Source of the DNA: Antedon mediterranea
Lineage: Eukaryota > Animalia > Echinodermata
Direction of reading: 5' to 3'
DNA: 64,000 nt
Assembly (NCBI RefSeq): GCF_964355755.1
Contig: NC_092680.1
Coordinates: 14,455,045 to 14,519,044 of the forward strand
Below the pieces are notes generated by a model. It made no database searches. It saw only the letters and a program-made list of their open reading frames with translations, and was not told the DNA's origin. Shown piece after piece: positions 14,616 through 28,033 of the stretch; position 1 is the first letter of the stretch, and each line of letters starts with the position of its first letter. Made by a program: the position numbers and the translations under genes.

Positions 14616-17600
14616 TCACTGCTTCTTCGCAGTTATTAATATATTTGTTTTCTCTTCTCTGTAATTCTTCTCTGACCACTCTTGCTGTTTTGCCTCGGCA
14701 AATATAATAAAAAACACCATTCCTAATATCTGCATTCCACCAATTATTAAGAATAACGCAACCCACTGTTCTATAGTATTCTGAAATATAACATAACGCT
14801 AAAAATTAATTAAAGATCAAGAGAAAGTACTTGGCAGAAGTAGAATAATAGTAGGTCTAGCAACATATAACTTTCATTACCTGTTCTTTGATTAAAAAGC
14901 CAGTAATAATTGGAATGATGAATCCAGTGAAACTGGCAACCATGTGTGTAGCTCCTGCTACTATTCCAACATATTCAACTGTTATATCCATTGGGTTTGG
15001 CATTACAGAAGCATTATTAAAACCGAACATAGCCAAAATAATAATATAGAGAATCTCCAGTCCCAATACACGGTAACAGGTGAACGCTAGTGCAATAAAA
15101 CTGACGCCGGATACGCCAAAACCTGAAGAAAATTGAAAATGTGGTACCGTATTTATTCGGGATATGACCGGTTGGGCCGCCGACAAGTTGAGCCGCCGGT
15201 GATTTCTATGAAACGCCCAGTGCATGCGTCTTTTACGACATTTTGCGTAGTGATTAGGATGGTGTCCTAGTAGCCTACACAAGTTCATGGTCTTGGTTTA
15301 TTGGTCATGAAAATAAATAACATATAATTATATATTACAATTAACAACACAGCAAAGGAAAGTAGTAATATTTAATAATTTAATTGTTTTAATCTTTCGA
15401 GGAAAAAATTCAGTGCACTCATAATTCTTCTCGCGTGTAGGCCTACTACTACCACGTAAAGCTTTACGTGGTAGTAGGCCTACACGCGAGAAAAATTAAG
15501 TCACGTTGTCTCTCAGGACTAATTAATAGAGTATTAATATTCTCCGAATGAGGTTAAATAAATATTTTTTATTTACTAATCTTTTAATATAATATTTTAT
15601 TGAATTTTACAATGTTAATACACAAAATATTTTACTAAAAAACGTGATTTTATGTAATTATTTTACCGAAAAATGGAGTAGGCCTAGCCTAGTTCATACA
15701 ACTGCCGACTGAGGGGCAACATGTTTACGTCATTTTTGGCTAAAAACGATCACTTTCGGTGATGTTTTATATTTTGGAATCTACAAGCAAGATTTCCATA
15801 ATTATTTAAATATAATATTTAATAATATATATACTAAAAACCATGATATATAAACTTTTGAATGTACATCGTTATCCCTAATATAAATAGAACGAGCACC
15901 GGCGAAAGTTAGCATTTGGCGTTCCATAGAAAATAACGTTTTTCTGGCGGCGGCTCAACTTGTCGGCGGCTCAACTTGGCCTAATCCATTTATTCGAATA
16001 AACGCCCGGGGAATTTATTGTTCAGGAGGGTTATTAGTTTATTAGGGGGAGGCGTTTAATTTTTTGGGTGTAATATGGTAACATGTATAATCAAATAAAT
16101 AATATGAAAAATACAACCCAATTAATATCAAGAAGTGATAAAGTACAGTATCAAAATCCTTGTTAAATTGTTGGTCATGTCAATCAATGAATTCTACTAC
16201 AAAAATAAATGTGTGTACATAGTATGCATGTTGTAGAGCGTTTATTCGAGGAGATAAATAATAAACGCCCTGGGTGTTTATTCGTGGCGTTTATTCTAAA
16301 TTATGTTCTATGGGGGCGTTTATTCGTAGGAGAGCGGGGCATGGGTGGCATTTATTAAAATAAATAGGTAGGCCTATTTCTAGTTTATATTTTAGTTAAA
16401 TTGTAGATCATGTCAATCAGTGAATTAAATAAGAAATAAACAATAATAAACAAGGCCAACAGCCATTAAGTCGCGTGCTACAATGCATAGTGATACCGAC
16501 CGACAGACAGACCGACAGACCGACCGACCGACATAGTGAACTATACTGACCGAAATTACTAAACATGTTTAAAAATGTTGAAATGTTTAAAAACATTTAT
16601 ATTTTTTTTAATTTACACGTGCGTAGCCTGTCACTTTTGACGTGCTCGTATAACGTAGTTTCGAGTTGAAAAGTAAGTCAAGAAAACAGAAATCGGGCAA
16701 AAAGAGTGCCCAATAACATTTAACGCGTAGTGCGCGCGCAACAATATGCGCACTCATGGCAATTTTGTAAACGCTTAAAATTGCCTGAAACGTACTCTTA
16801 TTTCATCGAAAATAAATTTTGAAAATTTTAAGCGGGCGTACGCATGCGTTACATGCGCTACGCACGTAATTGTATTGCCATATGATGATTTATGCCCTGA
16901 AATTTATGAGTACCAAATTTTATTTAATTGTGATTCATGGTTGTGAAGATATGATTACAAACGTGATTTCGTTAAATCGTGCGTAGACCGCGTAATTTTT
17001 TATTGCGCACCGTGAAAACATAACCACATCGATTCCTGGCCATAAGGAATATACTGTGAAAAATTGACCTAGCTAGATTAAACTGTTATCAAGATAAGGT
17101 CAGAAAGCGATAAAACGCATAGTGATACCGGACCGACAGACCGACAGACAGACAGACCGACAGACAGACAGACAGACCGACAGACAGACAGACCGACAGA
17201 CAGACAGACCGACCAACCGACCGACATAGTGAACTATAGAGTCGCGTCCACGCGACTAAAAAATACACGAAAAATAGTCTCAAACAATGTTTTAAAAAGT
17301 AACTAAAAATATTACCTATTAGAACAAACAATTTTCTTGTTTTTAAAACACTTAAGTGTTTTTGTCGTATGATATAATCCGCAAGCGCAGCAGAACATAT
17401 GCCGGTCACTGCAGCCGTCAAACCTGGAATTGACGTTAACAAACCAATCTAAATGATAAATGATGAGAAGAAATTAAGTGAGCCGAGATAGATGGTATAG
17501 TTATTCTATTATTAAAAGCCACTTTTAGGAGTAAGACAAATATTTTAGCCGTTTTTAAATAAATAAAATGAACAAACTGACCAACCAACCAACCAATAAA

Positions 17601-20468
17601 CCAACAACCAACCAACCAACCAACGATACTAACCAACCAACAATGCTAACCAACGAACCAACCACAAAATGAACGAACGACGAACCAACAACACACACAC
17701 ACACACTCAAGCAAACAAATAAATAAACTGAACTAAACACCTTATATTTTGTCTTACCATTCTTATATGAACTCCCAGTATGGTGGAAAGAAACGTAGGC
17801 ATTTCAATTACAAGAAAGTTGAAACCTAAAACTGAAGTGAATTTTCCAATTGCAATGGCCCAAACCGGCTTTGATGATAATATATCATACAGTGGAATTG
17901 ATCCTTGTGTCTGAAAATAAAACCAATATGAATTTTGTTTTTAAGTATAGGTCTACATTTTGTCTTTATGATAATACTGTGATATGTAATACTAATGCTG
18001 ATAACAGCTAATTAAAACATCTCATTATTCTGAAATGGGTTAGGGTTATTTCCTGTGAGAGGAATGGAATATTTACCTTATCTTTACTCGGCATATTAGT
18101 TTTTAATGTAATTTCATCTTTCTCTGGTGACTCTGTTACCCAGATTATCCAAATAATTGCTAGAATAGGACCAAGCATACCTTTAGATTAAAAACGTAAT
18201 AAATTAGAACAAAGACGAAGCTATTATTTCATACTTTTTTATGTTTTCCATCAGTTAACGCTTCGATTTTGTCTGGAAATTCTTAGCTCAGGATTATACG
18301 TATGAAACTCTATGTGTGCCAAAATCTTTTTACAAATATTGAGCTCTGTGTAGCCAACGCTATCAAACTAGTTTGAAAAAAAAGTGTTATGTTCTCAAGT
18401 CGTGTAGTAGCGATAAAATTATGCCGTCACATTTTTTTCACAGAAAGTTTGATAGTGTAGACAGAGTTTAGTTGGAATACTATAACCAGTATAATATGTA
18501 CAGATGACACAAATGGAGAACAAAATGAAAAAGAGGATGACATACTATATATATAAAAAGACATTGGCCATCCTCCTATCTTGTAAGAAGAGCAGATCAA
18601 TCCAGACATATAATTTGCAACTATGCCCCCAATTGGCATGCCTTTGAAAAAAATGAACAAGAATAAAATGAATAATAGAACTAATATTATATATATTAAC
18701 TAATATTATATATATTAACTAATATTATATATATTAACTAATGTTATATATATTAACTAATATTATATATATTAACTAATATTATATATATTAACTAATA
18801 TTATATATATTAACTAATATTATATATATTAACTAATGTTATATATATTAACTAATATTATATTAACTAATATTATATATATTAACTAATATTATATATA
18901 TTAACTAATATTATATAATATTAACTAATATTATATATATTAACTAATATTATATATATTAACTAATATTATATATATTAACTAATATTATATATATTAA
19001 CTAATATTATATATATTAACTAATATTATATATATTAACTTAAAAACAACATTAAAACATTATTATATATTGTATCAAAAGACATTTTAAACTGCTGTTT
19101 TTGGCATGTTAGAACATGGAGGAAAAGACTAACTATGTATGACTGATGATTATTCTTATACTTATCGGTAACAAATGCTTGTGAAAGATATAAATTCATT
19201 AATATTAAGCAAATTAATGAACTTACATACCGGCAAAAAATATTGATACCATTACACTTCGGTCATCAACACTAGACCATTTACTCAATAAAGTGTAGAC
19301 TGCAGGAATAACCATTCCCTATTTGCAAAAACATAGTATAACTATATTGTTTTCCACTGCATACATACATACTTTGATATTACATAGTTACGCACGAAGC
19401 AAGTTTTAATAATCCAGTAAGTATGCATCTTCCTTTAATAAACTACTTTGCGTGACAATTTGAAATCATGATTGGTTTGTAGACGCACGTGCAGTCGTTT
19501 CGTGGAAAGTGTCCCTAAGTAATACGTCATGATCGCTTCATACACACTCAATTATTACACACTGAATTCATTTTATTCCACATTTTCTGTCTTTCACGTT
19601 GGAATGAATGGAATTAATTTTTTTTACAGCAGTTTTACTATACGACGCGATATAAACGTAAATAGTGATTAGTAGTATTTTGATTTAACGTAAAACGCGG
19701 GGAAAACACGACGTAGGCCTAAAACCTATGCAATGCCATTTAACAACTTTCACAAACCTGTACAATTCCATCCAAAATCCGTAGCGTTATAAGGAGACCA
19801 ACATGTATCCCGGCTGTCCATGGGGATAAAGCTGCTATCACACTTGTCGAAATTATCACAAACGTTACTACATTTTTTCCTCCTATTTTAGCAGCTAAAA
19901 CTCCTCCTGGTATTTGGACGGCCACAAATCCATAATAAAAAGCTCCGAGTAACGTTTGTTGTGACATTTCATCCCAATCATAAGCGGGAATCTGTAATTG
20001 TAGAACACCATTGTATTAACTACTAACCGAAGTAACCCTAACGTTATAAAAACAATCCATCACTAACGCCATGAGGCGATGGCATTCATGCAATTAATTG
20101 CAGTTAAGATATTCCTTTGTTTTATGTTTGTTTGTGTGTCTGTCCGTCGTCAATTATTCTCCGAAAGTTTAAAATGGAGATCATTAATGATTTAAAACGT
20201 AAAGAAAGTTAAAGAGAATTGACATAACAAACACACGGTTACGTAAGTGGTTAAATTGATGTTACTTTGATACATTAAATACAATACTTACTTTATTATT
20301 ACGTTGATTTCTACTTGAAACAAAGTTGGATTGATTGTAAGACTGATGTGTAGATGTAGAATGATTTCTTTGAATCATTTCTACGATAGCGATGTTTATA
20401 TTCCATCTTGTACAACAGGATAAAATATTTACAAAACAACATGCCACTGCTAAAAAATACTGTTTCAT
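14616..20468 (-). CDS. SLC17 family (sialin-like) MFS anion transporter, ~463 aa. Exons 20468-20292, 19991-19758, 19318-19231, 18641-18546, 18180-18077, 17910-17758, 17448-17316, 15122-14881, 14780-14616
   Basis: Motifs TRWNINIAIVEM, YDWD...LLGAFYYG...QIPGG, LRILDG, GGWP..FY, S.PVWAI, TRK, NPMDI..EYVG, EQW..F. Exon lengths sum to 1392 nt in one open frame with GT-AG junctions. A probable 5' UTR exon lies near 22400. Confidence 0.92.
15160..15987. mobile_element. Mutator-like MITE with 9-bp TSD, nested in an older TA-type MITE (about 15145-16370)
   Basis: atttattcg|ggat...gccgccgacaagttgagccgcc ... ggcggctcaacttgtcggcggc...atcc|atttattcg. Confidence 0.85.
16449..17258. mobile_element. Helentron/HINE-like non-autonomous element with (GACA/GACC)n microsatellite
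   Basis: Microsatellite blocks at 16497-16530 and 17130-17225 and a terminal stem-loop agtcgcgt-cc-acgcgact followed by an A-run. Confidence 0.65.
18679..19039. repeat. 19-bp AT-rich minisatellite (ACTAATATTATATATATTA)n, ~19 copies, in an SLC17 intron
   Basis: Directly visible tandem array. Confidence 0.97.
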
Positions 20469-20974
20469 TGTTCTTAACGTAAGGTCAGCAATACTGTATC
20501 TATTCGCTTATTATACTTCACTAAAGCAAAGCAAAATGGAAGTTGAGTTAGGTAACAATGAAATAGACTGGGACAAAACATAGTACTGTAAAGTTCACAA
20601 TATGAAACATTTACCTAAAGTCGCCCAATTTAATTTTAAATTATTACATCGTATCTTAGCTTATAGAAAAAAAGGAGTGGAATCTTCATAAGAGTGATTG
20701 TTGCGAAAAGTGTTGTACAGAAATAGAAAGTGAAAAACATGCTGTACACCTGTAATAGCATTCAATCAGATTTGACTAAGTTCCGTAAACTGATTGTTAA
20801 ATGTATTCCGACTGATGAAACACTACGGTCATGTTTCCCCGAATGGTCAGACATGCCATAGGAACTCAACACACGCTTGTTAATGAACTCATTTTTTTAT
20901 TTACATTTAGTATTCACAAATCTTGTATTATATATAAAACAAGCAAACGCAAAGATTGGATTATCACTAGGAAT

Positions 20975-21283
20975 TTATTTACCTCCGCTAAGGAGGTAAT
21001 ATGTAATCGGTCGCGTGTGTTTGTTTGTTTGTTAGCAGGATTACTCAAAAAGTAGTTACAAGATCTTTACCAAAATGAATATACAGATAGATATGTGGTC
21101 AAGGACTATTCCATAACCATTACGCCAAACTCGCATACACATGCTTGTAGTGAAATTAGCCTAAATCAGCATTAAGACACATACATATATATATATATAT
21201 ATTTTTTTTTCCCCCGGAGAAATCTTATGTAGTTGAATTTTAAAGTAGGCTGAGGTATGCACTCTCGGGGTAGCTTTCTAGTT
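20975..21283 (+). mobile_element. Helentron/HINE-like element; partial second copy at 1277-1415
   Basis: Starts ttacctccgctaaggaggt (hairpin) plus GTTT microsatellite; ends ggc.gaggtatgcactctc...ttctagtt. The last ~140 bp are repeated at 1277-1415. Confidence 0.7.
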
Positions 21284-22962
21284 GAAGATAGAACTAAAAC
21301 ATTTAATTTTAAAGAAAAATAATCAATATAATTTAATTAAATTAAGAAATACACATAAGAATAAACGTACCATTTATATATTTTCTTGAGTTTGAAGCAA
21401 TTGTTCGTTTACCACCATTATTATATTATTGTTTTCTAGAAGGCCCTAGATTCATTTAATTTCATTTCATTATTTATTTGGTCTATTTTAGTATATACAT
21501 AACAAAAAAAATTAGATTGGGGAGACCAGGGTCAACCTAAGTGAACTTAAACCAGAACTATAAAAGTAAACCTGGCTAGCGACGAGGGCGTATCCCCATA
21601 CTTCGGTTTGGATTTAGCTTTGCAACGTATATTAGTTTGTTCAAAATGTCTTTATTAATGTAAAGCTATACAATTTTATCAAAGTATTCAAACGAAGCAC
21701 AATCTTATAATGCAATATACCATTTTATCTGAATGTCAATCTTTATATCGGTAGTAAAACCGTAATAAAATAACCTGAACAAACGCCATGGTGCTATTGT
21801 TTATACCAGAACAGAAAATTGTTACTAAATAACTTTTTCCTGGCACGGATATCAATCTGTAATATAAAACAGCGTTTCGCAAATGGTTTTGAAACGGTTT
21901 TTCAATTTTTGTTAGAAATTTAAAAAAAAGGAACTCCTTGGTATTATTGTATATTTAAATTGTAATTTGTAGAATTTTTGTTTAATATCTTAAAAATAAA
22001 ACCCCCTCATTATTGAGTGCCACTCACGTTCAAGTTATTATTACAACATTCGGAGTAAACATGTAAACAAAAATAGTAAGCTTAATGCAATCAGATTTTG
22101 TTTATAAATAAATTTTTCCTAAAATACACAAAACAATTTTATATGCAATAATCAACGATTATAAAAATAATAATAGAAATATAATGAGGCGCCGATTCCT
22201 CTCAAAACTGTAGGCATAAGCATACCGTCATTGACAGTTTGCGTTTTCAGTTTCTGAGTACTGTAGGCCTAAAATGTCCATACTAGAACTCAGTTGTATG
22301 TAGAGCTGAGTCATCCCCATCTATTCCATTTTCGGTAGAGAAAGTTAAAATAGATCATTTGGAAAGTAACATTAAAAATTACAAAGTATATACTTACGTC
22401 GTACAAGTTTTAGAACGTTGATTTGGTGCTTTGTGTGAATTAACTCTACTATCGATAAAATGTCTATGGTTTATCTAAACTAGTTACGGGTGAGTTATTT
22501 TCAAAAATTGGAATTGTATAATTCATTGAAAAATAGTACAATGAATAAAACGGACAAGGCCGATGTGGGAAAGGTCAAGATAGGATGAGTTCAAATCTAG
22601 TTTTTTTTTTATTAAATTGAATTACAGTATTGGAAATTTGTACAGTAACAAAATTAAAAATCGCTGCACTGCTTGCGTCAGGAGTACATTTTTCGCTGTC
22701 TTGATTTTGTTACTCACTTTTCGTTTTTTTAACATGTTATTGTATAGTTTGTCCGAATAGTTGTCCTGGTTTTAGTCTTGTGAATGTGGTGAACTGTCAG
22801 TGGTACTTTGATTTCGTGTTTTTGGCTGTATTTTTGCTGACTTTTCTATGTGCAGATCTAAGCCTAAACTGGCAGCTATGATAGGAATTCCTTGCTCGTG
22901 TTGGCGGCAGGAAGCTTCGCGACGACCTGTAACCTACTCGATGGAATGCCTGCTATCGTGCC

Positions 22963-23840
22963 CGGTCAGTTTAATTACCGAAACAACCGAAAATAACCGA
23001 AAACAACCATAAACAACCAAAAATAACCGAAAACAACAGAAAACAACCATAAACAACCAAAATCAACCGAAAACAAACCGAAAACAAAATAAAATCATCT
23101 AAATACCGAATTTTGTTTTAATGTCACCATCTACTGATGGGTTTTTCTAGAGCTAAGACCATGACAGAGAGAAGACCGCGTGCGCAAAAGCCAAGGAAGA
23201 TCCTATGGAATGGTAGTGTGCACAAAATACAAAAAAAAAATCGTACAATCAATCAATGATAACACCGCATTTAATTACAGAATCTCTAAAAAATATTTTT
23301 AGTCCTTCGATTTTTGATCCAGATACCAACGCATGTACTCCTCACATTAATTGTGAATATATTAATCATGATCAATTTTATTATAGATTTTCAAAGATAA
23401 TAATACAAAAATTATATTTTTAAGAATATTGATAATATTAGGGACTATAAATATACTTAAAACAAGCTCACGATAAAGGATTCACAATAAAATCTAGGCC
23501 TATTCAGTAAAATTACCGTAGTCGAGTTATAAAATAACGTGTTTATCCTTAATCACTTCAGTATTAACTTACTAGGCCTAAGTGACGAAAACAGGACGAA
23601 ACGCAATGTTAGGTAAAATCATGCTTTGTTTTTGAAAACCTAAAGACTAAAAACGAAATGTGGTTATAGATTTTGTAAGTAAATGTAGTCTAGGGTGTAT
23701 ATCATTGTTTTTTGTGCACACTACCATTTCGTAGGATCTTCCTTGGCTTTTGCGCGCGCGGATTTCTCTTGTGTATTTTGTTTCGGTTTGTTTTTGGTTG
23801 TTTGTGGTTGTTCAGTTGTTTTCGGTAATTAGACTGACCC
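22963..23840. mobile_element. Foldback/MITE with repeat-rich TIRs
   Basis: ggtcagtttaattaccgaa ... ttcggtaattagactgacc; inner IR 23183-23228 versus 23710-23755; near-TSD atcgtgcc/attgtgcc. Confidence 0.8.
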
Positions 23841-23900
23841 ATTGTGCCTAAACCTAGCGACCCACTACTGATACTGAAGCGTAAAGGACTGTCACGACTA

Positions 23901-25651
23901 CGGTGGCCCACAACTGTCACGCACACTATATAAATCATATTCACACAATTAAAGAAGGAATCACACAATTAAAGAAGAAATCACACAATTAAAGAAGGAA
24001 TCGCATATAAACAAAAGAAAGCATGAAAATATAAAACGAAATGCACAAATAAAGAAGAAACGCGCAATTAAAGAAGAGCTAAGCACAATTAAAGAAGTCC
24101 GCAACAAATTCGAAAGCTCCTCGCACAATTAAAGAAGTTCGCAACAAAATTAAAAGCTCCTCGCACAATTAAAGAAGTCCGCAACAAATTCGAATGTTCC
24201 TCGCACAATTAAAGTACAGTAGTCCGTATGGAACGCCATCGCTGCCTCCGGCAGCAAGCTGTAATTCTATTACGTTCGGCTCTTTTACCATTCGGCGCTA
24301 TTCGGCCCATTTACCATTACGTTCGGCTCTTTCAGCATTCGGCGCATTTCTATTTGGCCCATTTACCATTACGTTCGGCTCTTTCAGCATTCGGCTCTTT
24401 TTTATTCGGCCCATTTAACATTGCGTTCGGCTCTTTTTGATTCGGCCCTTTTATATTCGGCTCTTTCTGCATTACGTTGGGCTCTTTTTAAATCGGCATT
24501 TTTTTATATGGCGCAATTAAAATCTAACCTTTGACATGGGGTCAAATGGAAGAAAATCAACGACTGGAAATGATTCTATGAAAAGTTTACAAACATTTCA
24601 TCATCATGGCGCCAACCATGAGTAGCCAACCGATTAAAGATGTGTTGAATAACCTAAAATTAATTCATCTTTTAACAAATTTTGAGCGAGAAAGGGTAAA
24701 TTATTATTATTAAATGTTAGGCTGACACTAGGCTAGGCCTAGCTAGCCTATGCCATAAATCAACCTTTTCTCTCTCAAAATGGTCAATAAGGTGGGACAA
24801 TTGCAACTTCTCTAACACATTAATCATGTCAATAACATGATTAGTCATATTGAAATAGCCTTCAAATTCATTTAATTCAACCAACCAAACACTCTACATG
24901 CTGCATCTATATGTTTTGTAAACTTTTCATAGACTCATTTCCAGCCGTTGATTTTTTTCCATTTGACCGCATGTAAAAGGTTAGAATTTAATTGGGCCGT
25001 ATAAAAAAGGGCCAAATCAATAAGAGCCGAACGTAATGCAGAAAGAGCCGAATAAAAAAGGGCCAAATCAATACAGAAAGAGCCGAACGTAATGGTAAAT
25101 GGGCCAAATAGAAATGCGCCGAATGCTGAAAGAGCCGAACGTAATGGTAAATAGGCCAAATAGAAATGCGCCGAATGCTGAAAGAGCCGAACGTAATGGT
25201 AAATGGGCCGAATAGAAATGCGCCGAATGCTAAAAGAGCCGAACGTAATAGTAAAAGAGCCGAATAGAATTAAGTTTGCTGCCGGAGGCAGCGATGGCGT
25301 TCCATACGGACTACTGTACTTTAATTTGTTGCGGACTTCTTTAATTGTGCGAGTAGCTTTCGAATTTGTTGCGGACTTCTTTAATTGTGCGAGGAGCTTT
25401 CGAATTTGTTGCGGACTTCTTTAATTGTGCGAGGAGCTTTCGAATTTGTTGCGGACTTCTTTAATTGTGCTTAGCTCTTCTTTATTTGTGCATTTCGTTT
25501 TATATTTTCATGCTTTCTTTTGTTTATATGCGATTTCTTCTTTAATTGTGCGATTTCTTCTTTAATTGTGTGATTCCTTCTTTAATTGTGTAATTCCTTC
25601 TTTAATTGTGTGATTCTGTGTTATAGTGTGCGTGACAGTTGTGGGCCACCG
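23901..25651. mobile_element. Foldback-type element with ~700-bp modular TIRs, TA-flanked
   Basis: ta|cggtggcccacaactgtcacgcacactata ... tatagtgtgcgtgacagttgtgggccaccg|ta. Arms are built from cacaattaaagaag and ttcggc/gccgaa repeats. Confidence 0.9.
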
Positions 25652-26577
25652 TACACGACAAATATGGTCCGGGGCCAAAATCGGTCCGACTGGAATGCAT
25701 ATCGATGCTTTGTTCATCCACAAATTGATAGTGTGATCACTTTGATGCCTACATATTATATCGGATAAGCCCACCAAGAAGAACGTTAAAGTGTGGACTA
25801 TCGCTGTTACTGAACAAGATTGTTTTGTCAGCTCTGATTGATCCTTTAGATATTAATGCTTCCTTAGATGCTGTAAACAGTTATATTTTATTTTTCGAAG
25901 AACTAGTGGTTACATCTCAACAAGTTACTGTTACAAAAAAAACCCTGGTTTACTCTAAATGTCAAAGCACTTCTACGTGAGCGTTCAGTAGCTTTTAAAA
26001 ATGGAAACCGAGAGCGAGTTCAGACTTTGATCAGAAAAAAAGCGAGCCAGGATGCTAAAGTAAAATATAAAAGGAAACTCGAGGATGCGTTTGCCACTGG
26101 AAACCCAAGCCTCGTGTCAGTGCATGAATGTCATTACTGGAACTAAAAGCAAAAATAAAGTGAACTTACCTCGTCAAATCGAAGCGAACCTTTTTGTAAA
26201 TGAATGCTTTGCGCGTTTCAAGAAAAATTCTCCACCCACATGTGTTCCAGTCATACCGGAGGAATAAGGTGAAAGAATTATGATACAGTCACATGATGTA
26301 ATGAAACATTTCAGTAAAGTAAACAGAGCTAGTGGCCCTGATAAGATCAGTGGTAACATTTTGAAATCATGTGCTCGTGAACTTTCTGAGCCTTTTACCT
26401 TTTTTTCAATTATCCCTCGATAACCATTATGTTTGTATGTTTCAAAAAAATTGGAAAGCTACAAATATAACCCCGGTACACAAATTAACACATGCAAAGG
26501 TCCTAAATGATTATCGTCCGGTAGCCTTCACATTATTAGTGATCAAATGTCTGGAAAAGATAGTTTCTAATATAATT

Positions 26578-28033
26578 TTTTTTTCTCTTTTGTGGCGCAA
26601 ACACCACTTTTATTCACATTCATATTATCTCATATTACATAAAATCGTATTATTTAACTTGTAACATTTTTACATATATGAATTCTGTATTACTCCTTTT
26701 TTCATTAATTTTCTTATATTTTGTTATACACTTGACAGGATCATCATTATCATCTATCCCGTTTTAAAATAGTTCACACCTTTTCATTTGTTTGTTTTCA
26801 TTTTACAACCCGGATTATACAATATATTTATATACATGATAAAAAAAACAATAATAGCTCAGTACCACCAGTAACCCGTATCACTGTAATTCTTTTTCGG
26901 TTAATCGTATCAAATTAGAAATTATATTATCTTAATCTTATTTCTTAAAGCTACCCATTTTTCTATACTTGTTTCTTTATTGTTATATGTTTCACATTCA
27001 ATGTTATATAACATATTGCTTTTAAATGAATTCCATAAAGATTTACCCACTGGCTTATTTAGTGCAGATAACATTTTTATTCTATAAATAGTAAATGCTG
27101 CAAAAGTGTAAATATAATCTATTAGCTTATCTCCCGTTCCTAGTATTAATTGTTTAAATGATATATTATTGTGATTTAAACTTACAAAGATACTAAGCAT
27201 TTTCCTCCAATATTTCTGAATAAATCTACAACTAAAAAACAAATGATTTTCATTTTCAATTTCTCCACATTTGTCACACGTTTGTGTTTCCTTAACTTTC
27301 CACTGATACAGCCGTTTGTTGGTAGGCAGTATTCTATGTAACATCTTATAATTGAATTGTGCTAGTTTCTTATCTTTCATTTTACATACTTTCCGTAACC
27401 AAGAAGTTTTCCAATCAATGTTGTTATCATTGGAGTACTCTTCCCATTTTAGTTGTGACATTGGAATAATGAAATATTCTTTCACAAACCATGAGTACAT
27501 TAGTTTGGTAGTATTAATCTCATACTTGGTCCCAACTAATTCATCATTATCATCACAATTGAAAATATCTACCTCCTTAATAATACGTTTCCATTGAATT
27601 GGTATTGCCTTAATAATGCACAAATACTCATTTAACCAGTTTGTTTTACATTGTAGTTTCACCAGTATTTCGTTTGATGTTAAAAAAGTGTTCTTATTAA
27701 CAATGTCTTTAATACTGATAATGCCACTGTCAATCCAATGCTTGTAGAAAAGCGATTTTTTTTTTTAGTTTAACGTAGTGGTTTCCCCACAGTTGCTCAT
27801 TCATTATATCGTTATAAGTTTCAGGTTTTTTTTTTAGAGATTCTGTAGGCTTTTATCATATTTTTGTAAAACAGTGGAATTTTATCAGAATTAACATCAA
27901 TAATGCTATGACATGACATATTAAGTAAAACATTAACATCACATATTTTTTTAATATAATACATTGGAATATTTTTCCATTTAGCACCATCATCATTCAT
28001 AATTCTTGTTAACCAGCCTAGTTCCAACCTAAC
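26578..28033 (-). mobile_element. 5'-truncated Tx1/L1-clade retrotransposon inserted into the Rex1/L2 LINE
   Basis: ORF 27662-26922 with a zf-RVT-type C-terminus (FNYKMLHRILPTN...CDKCGEIENENHLFFSC); AATAAA plus poly(A) on the minus strand; 17-bp TSD tagtttctaatataatt at 26561-26577 and 28034-28050. Confidence 0.92.

Noticed and set aside
17089-17740. Hydrophobic ORFs rich in SVCL / VGWL
   Set aside because: Microsatellite translations in SLC17 introns; only 17316-17448 is a real exon.
23940-25620. Regular repeats that superficially resemble a CRISPR array, and ORFs within them
   Set aside because: No unique spacers, the arrays are mirror images forming TIRs, the context is eukaryotic and there are no cas genes.
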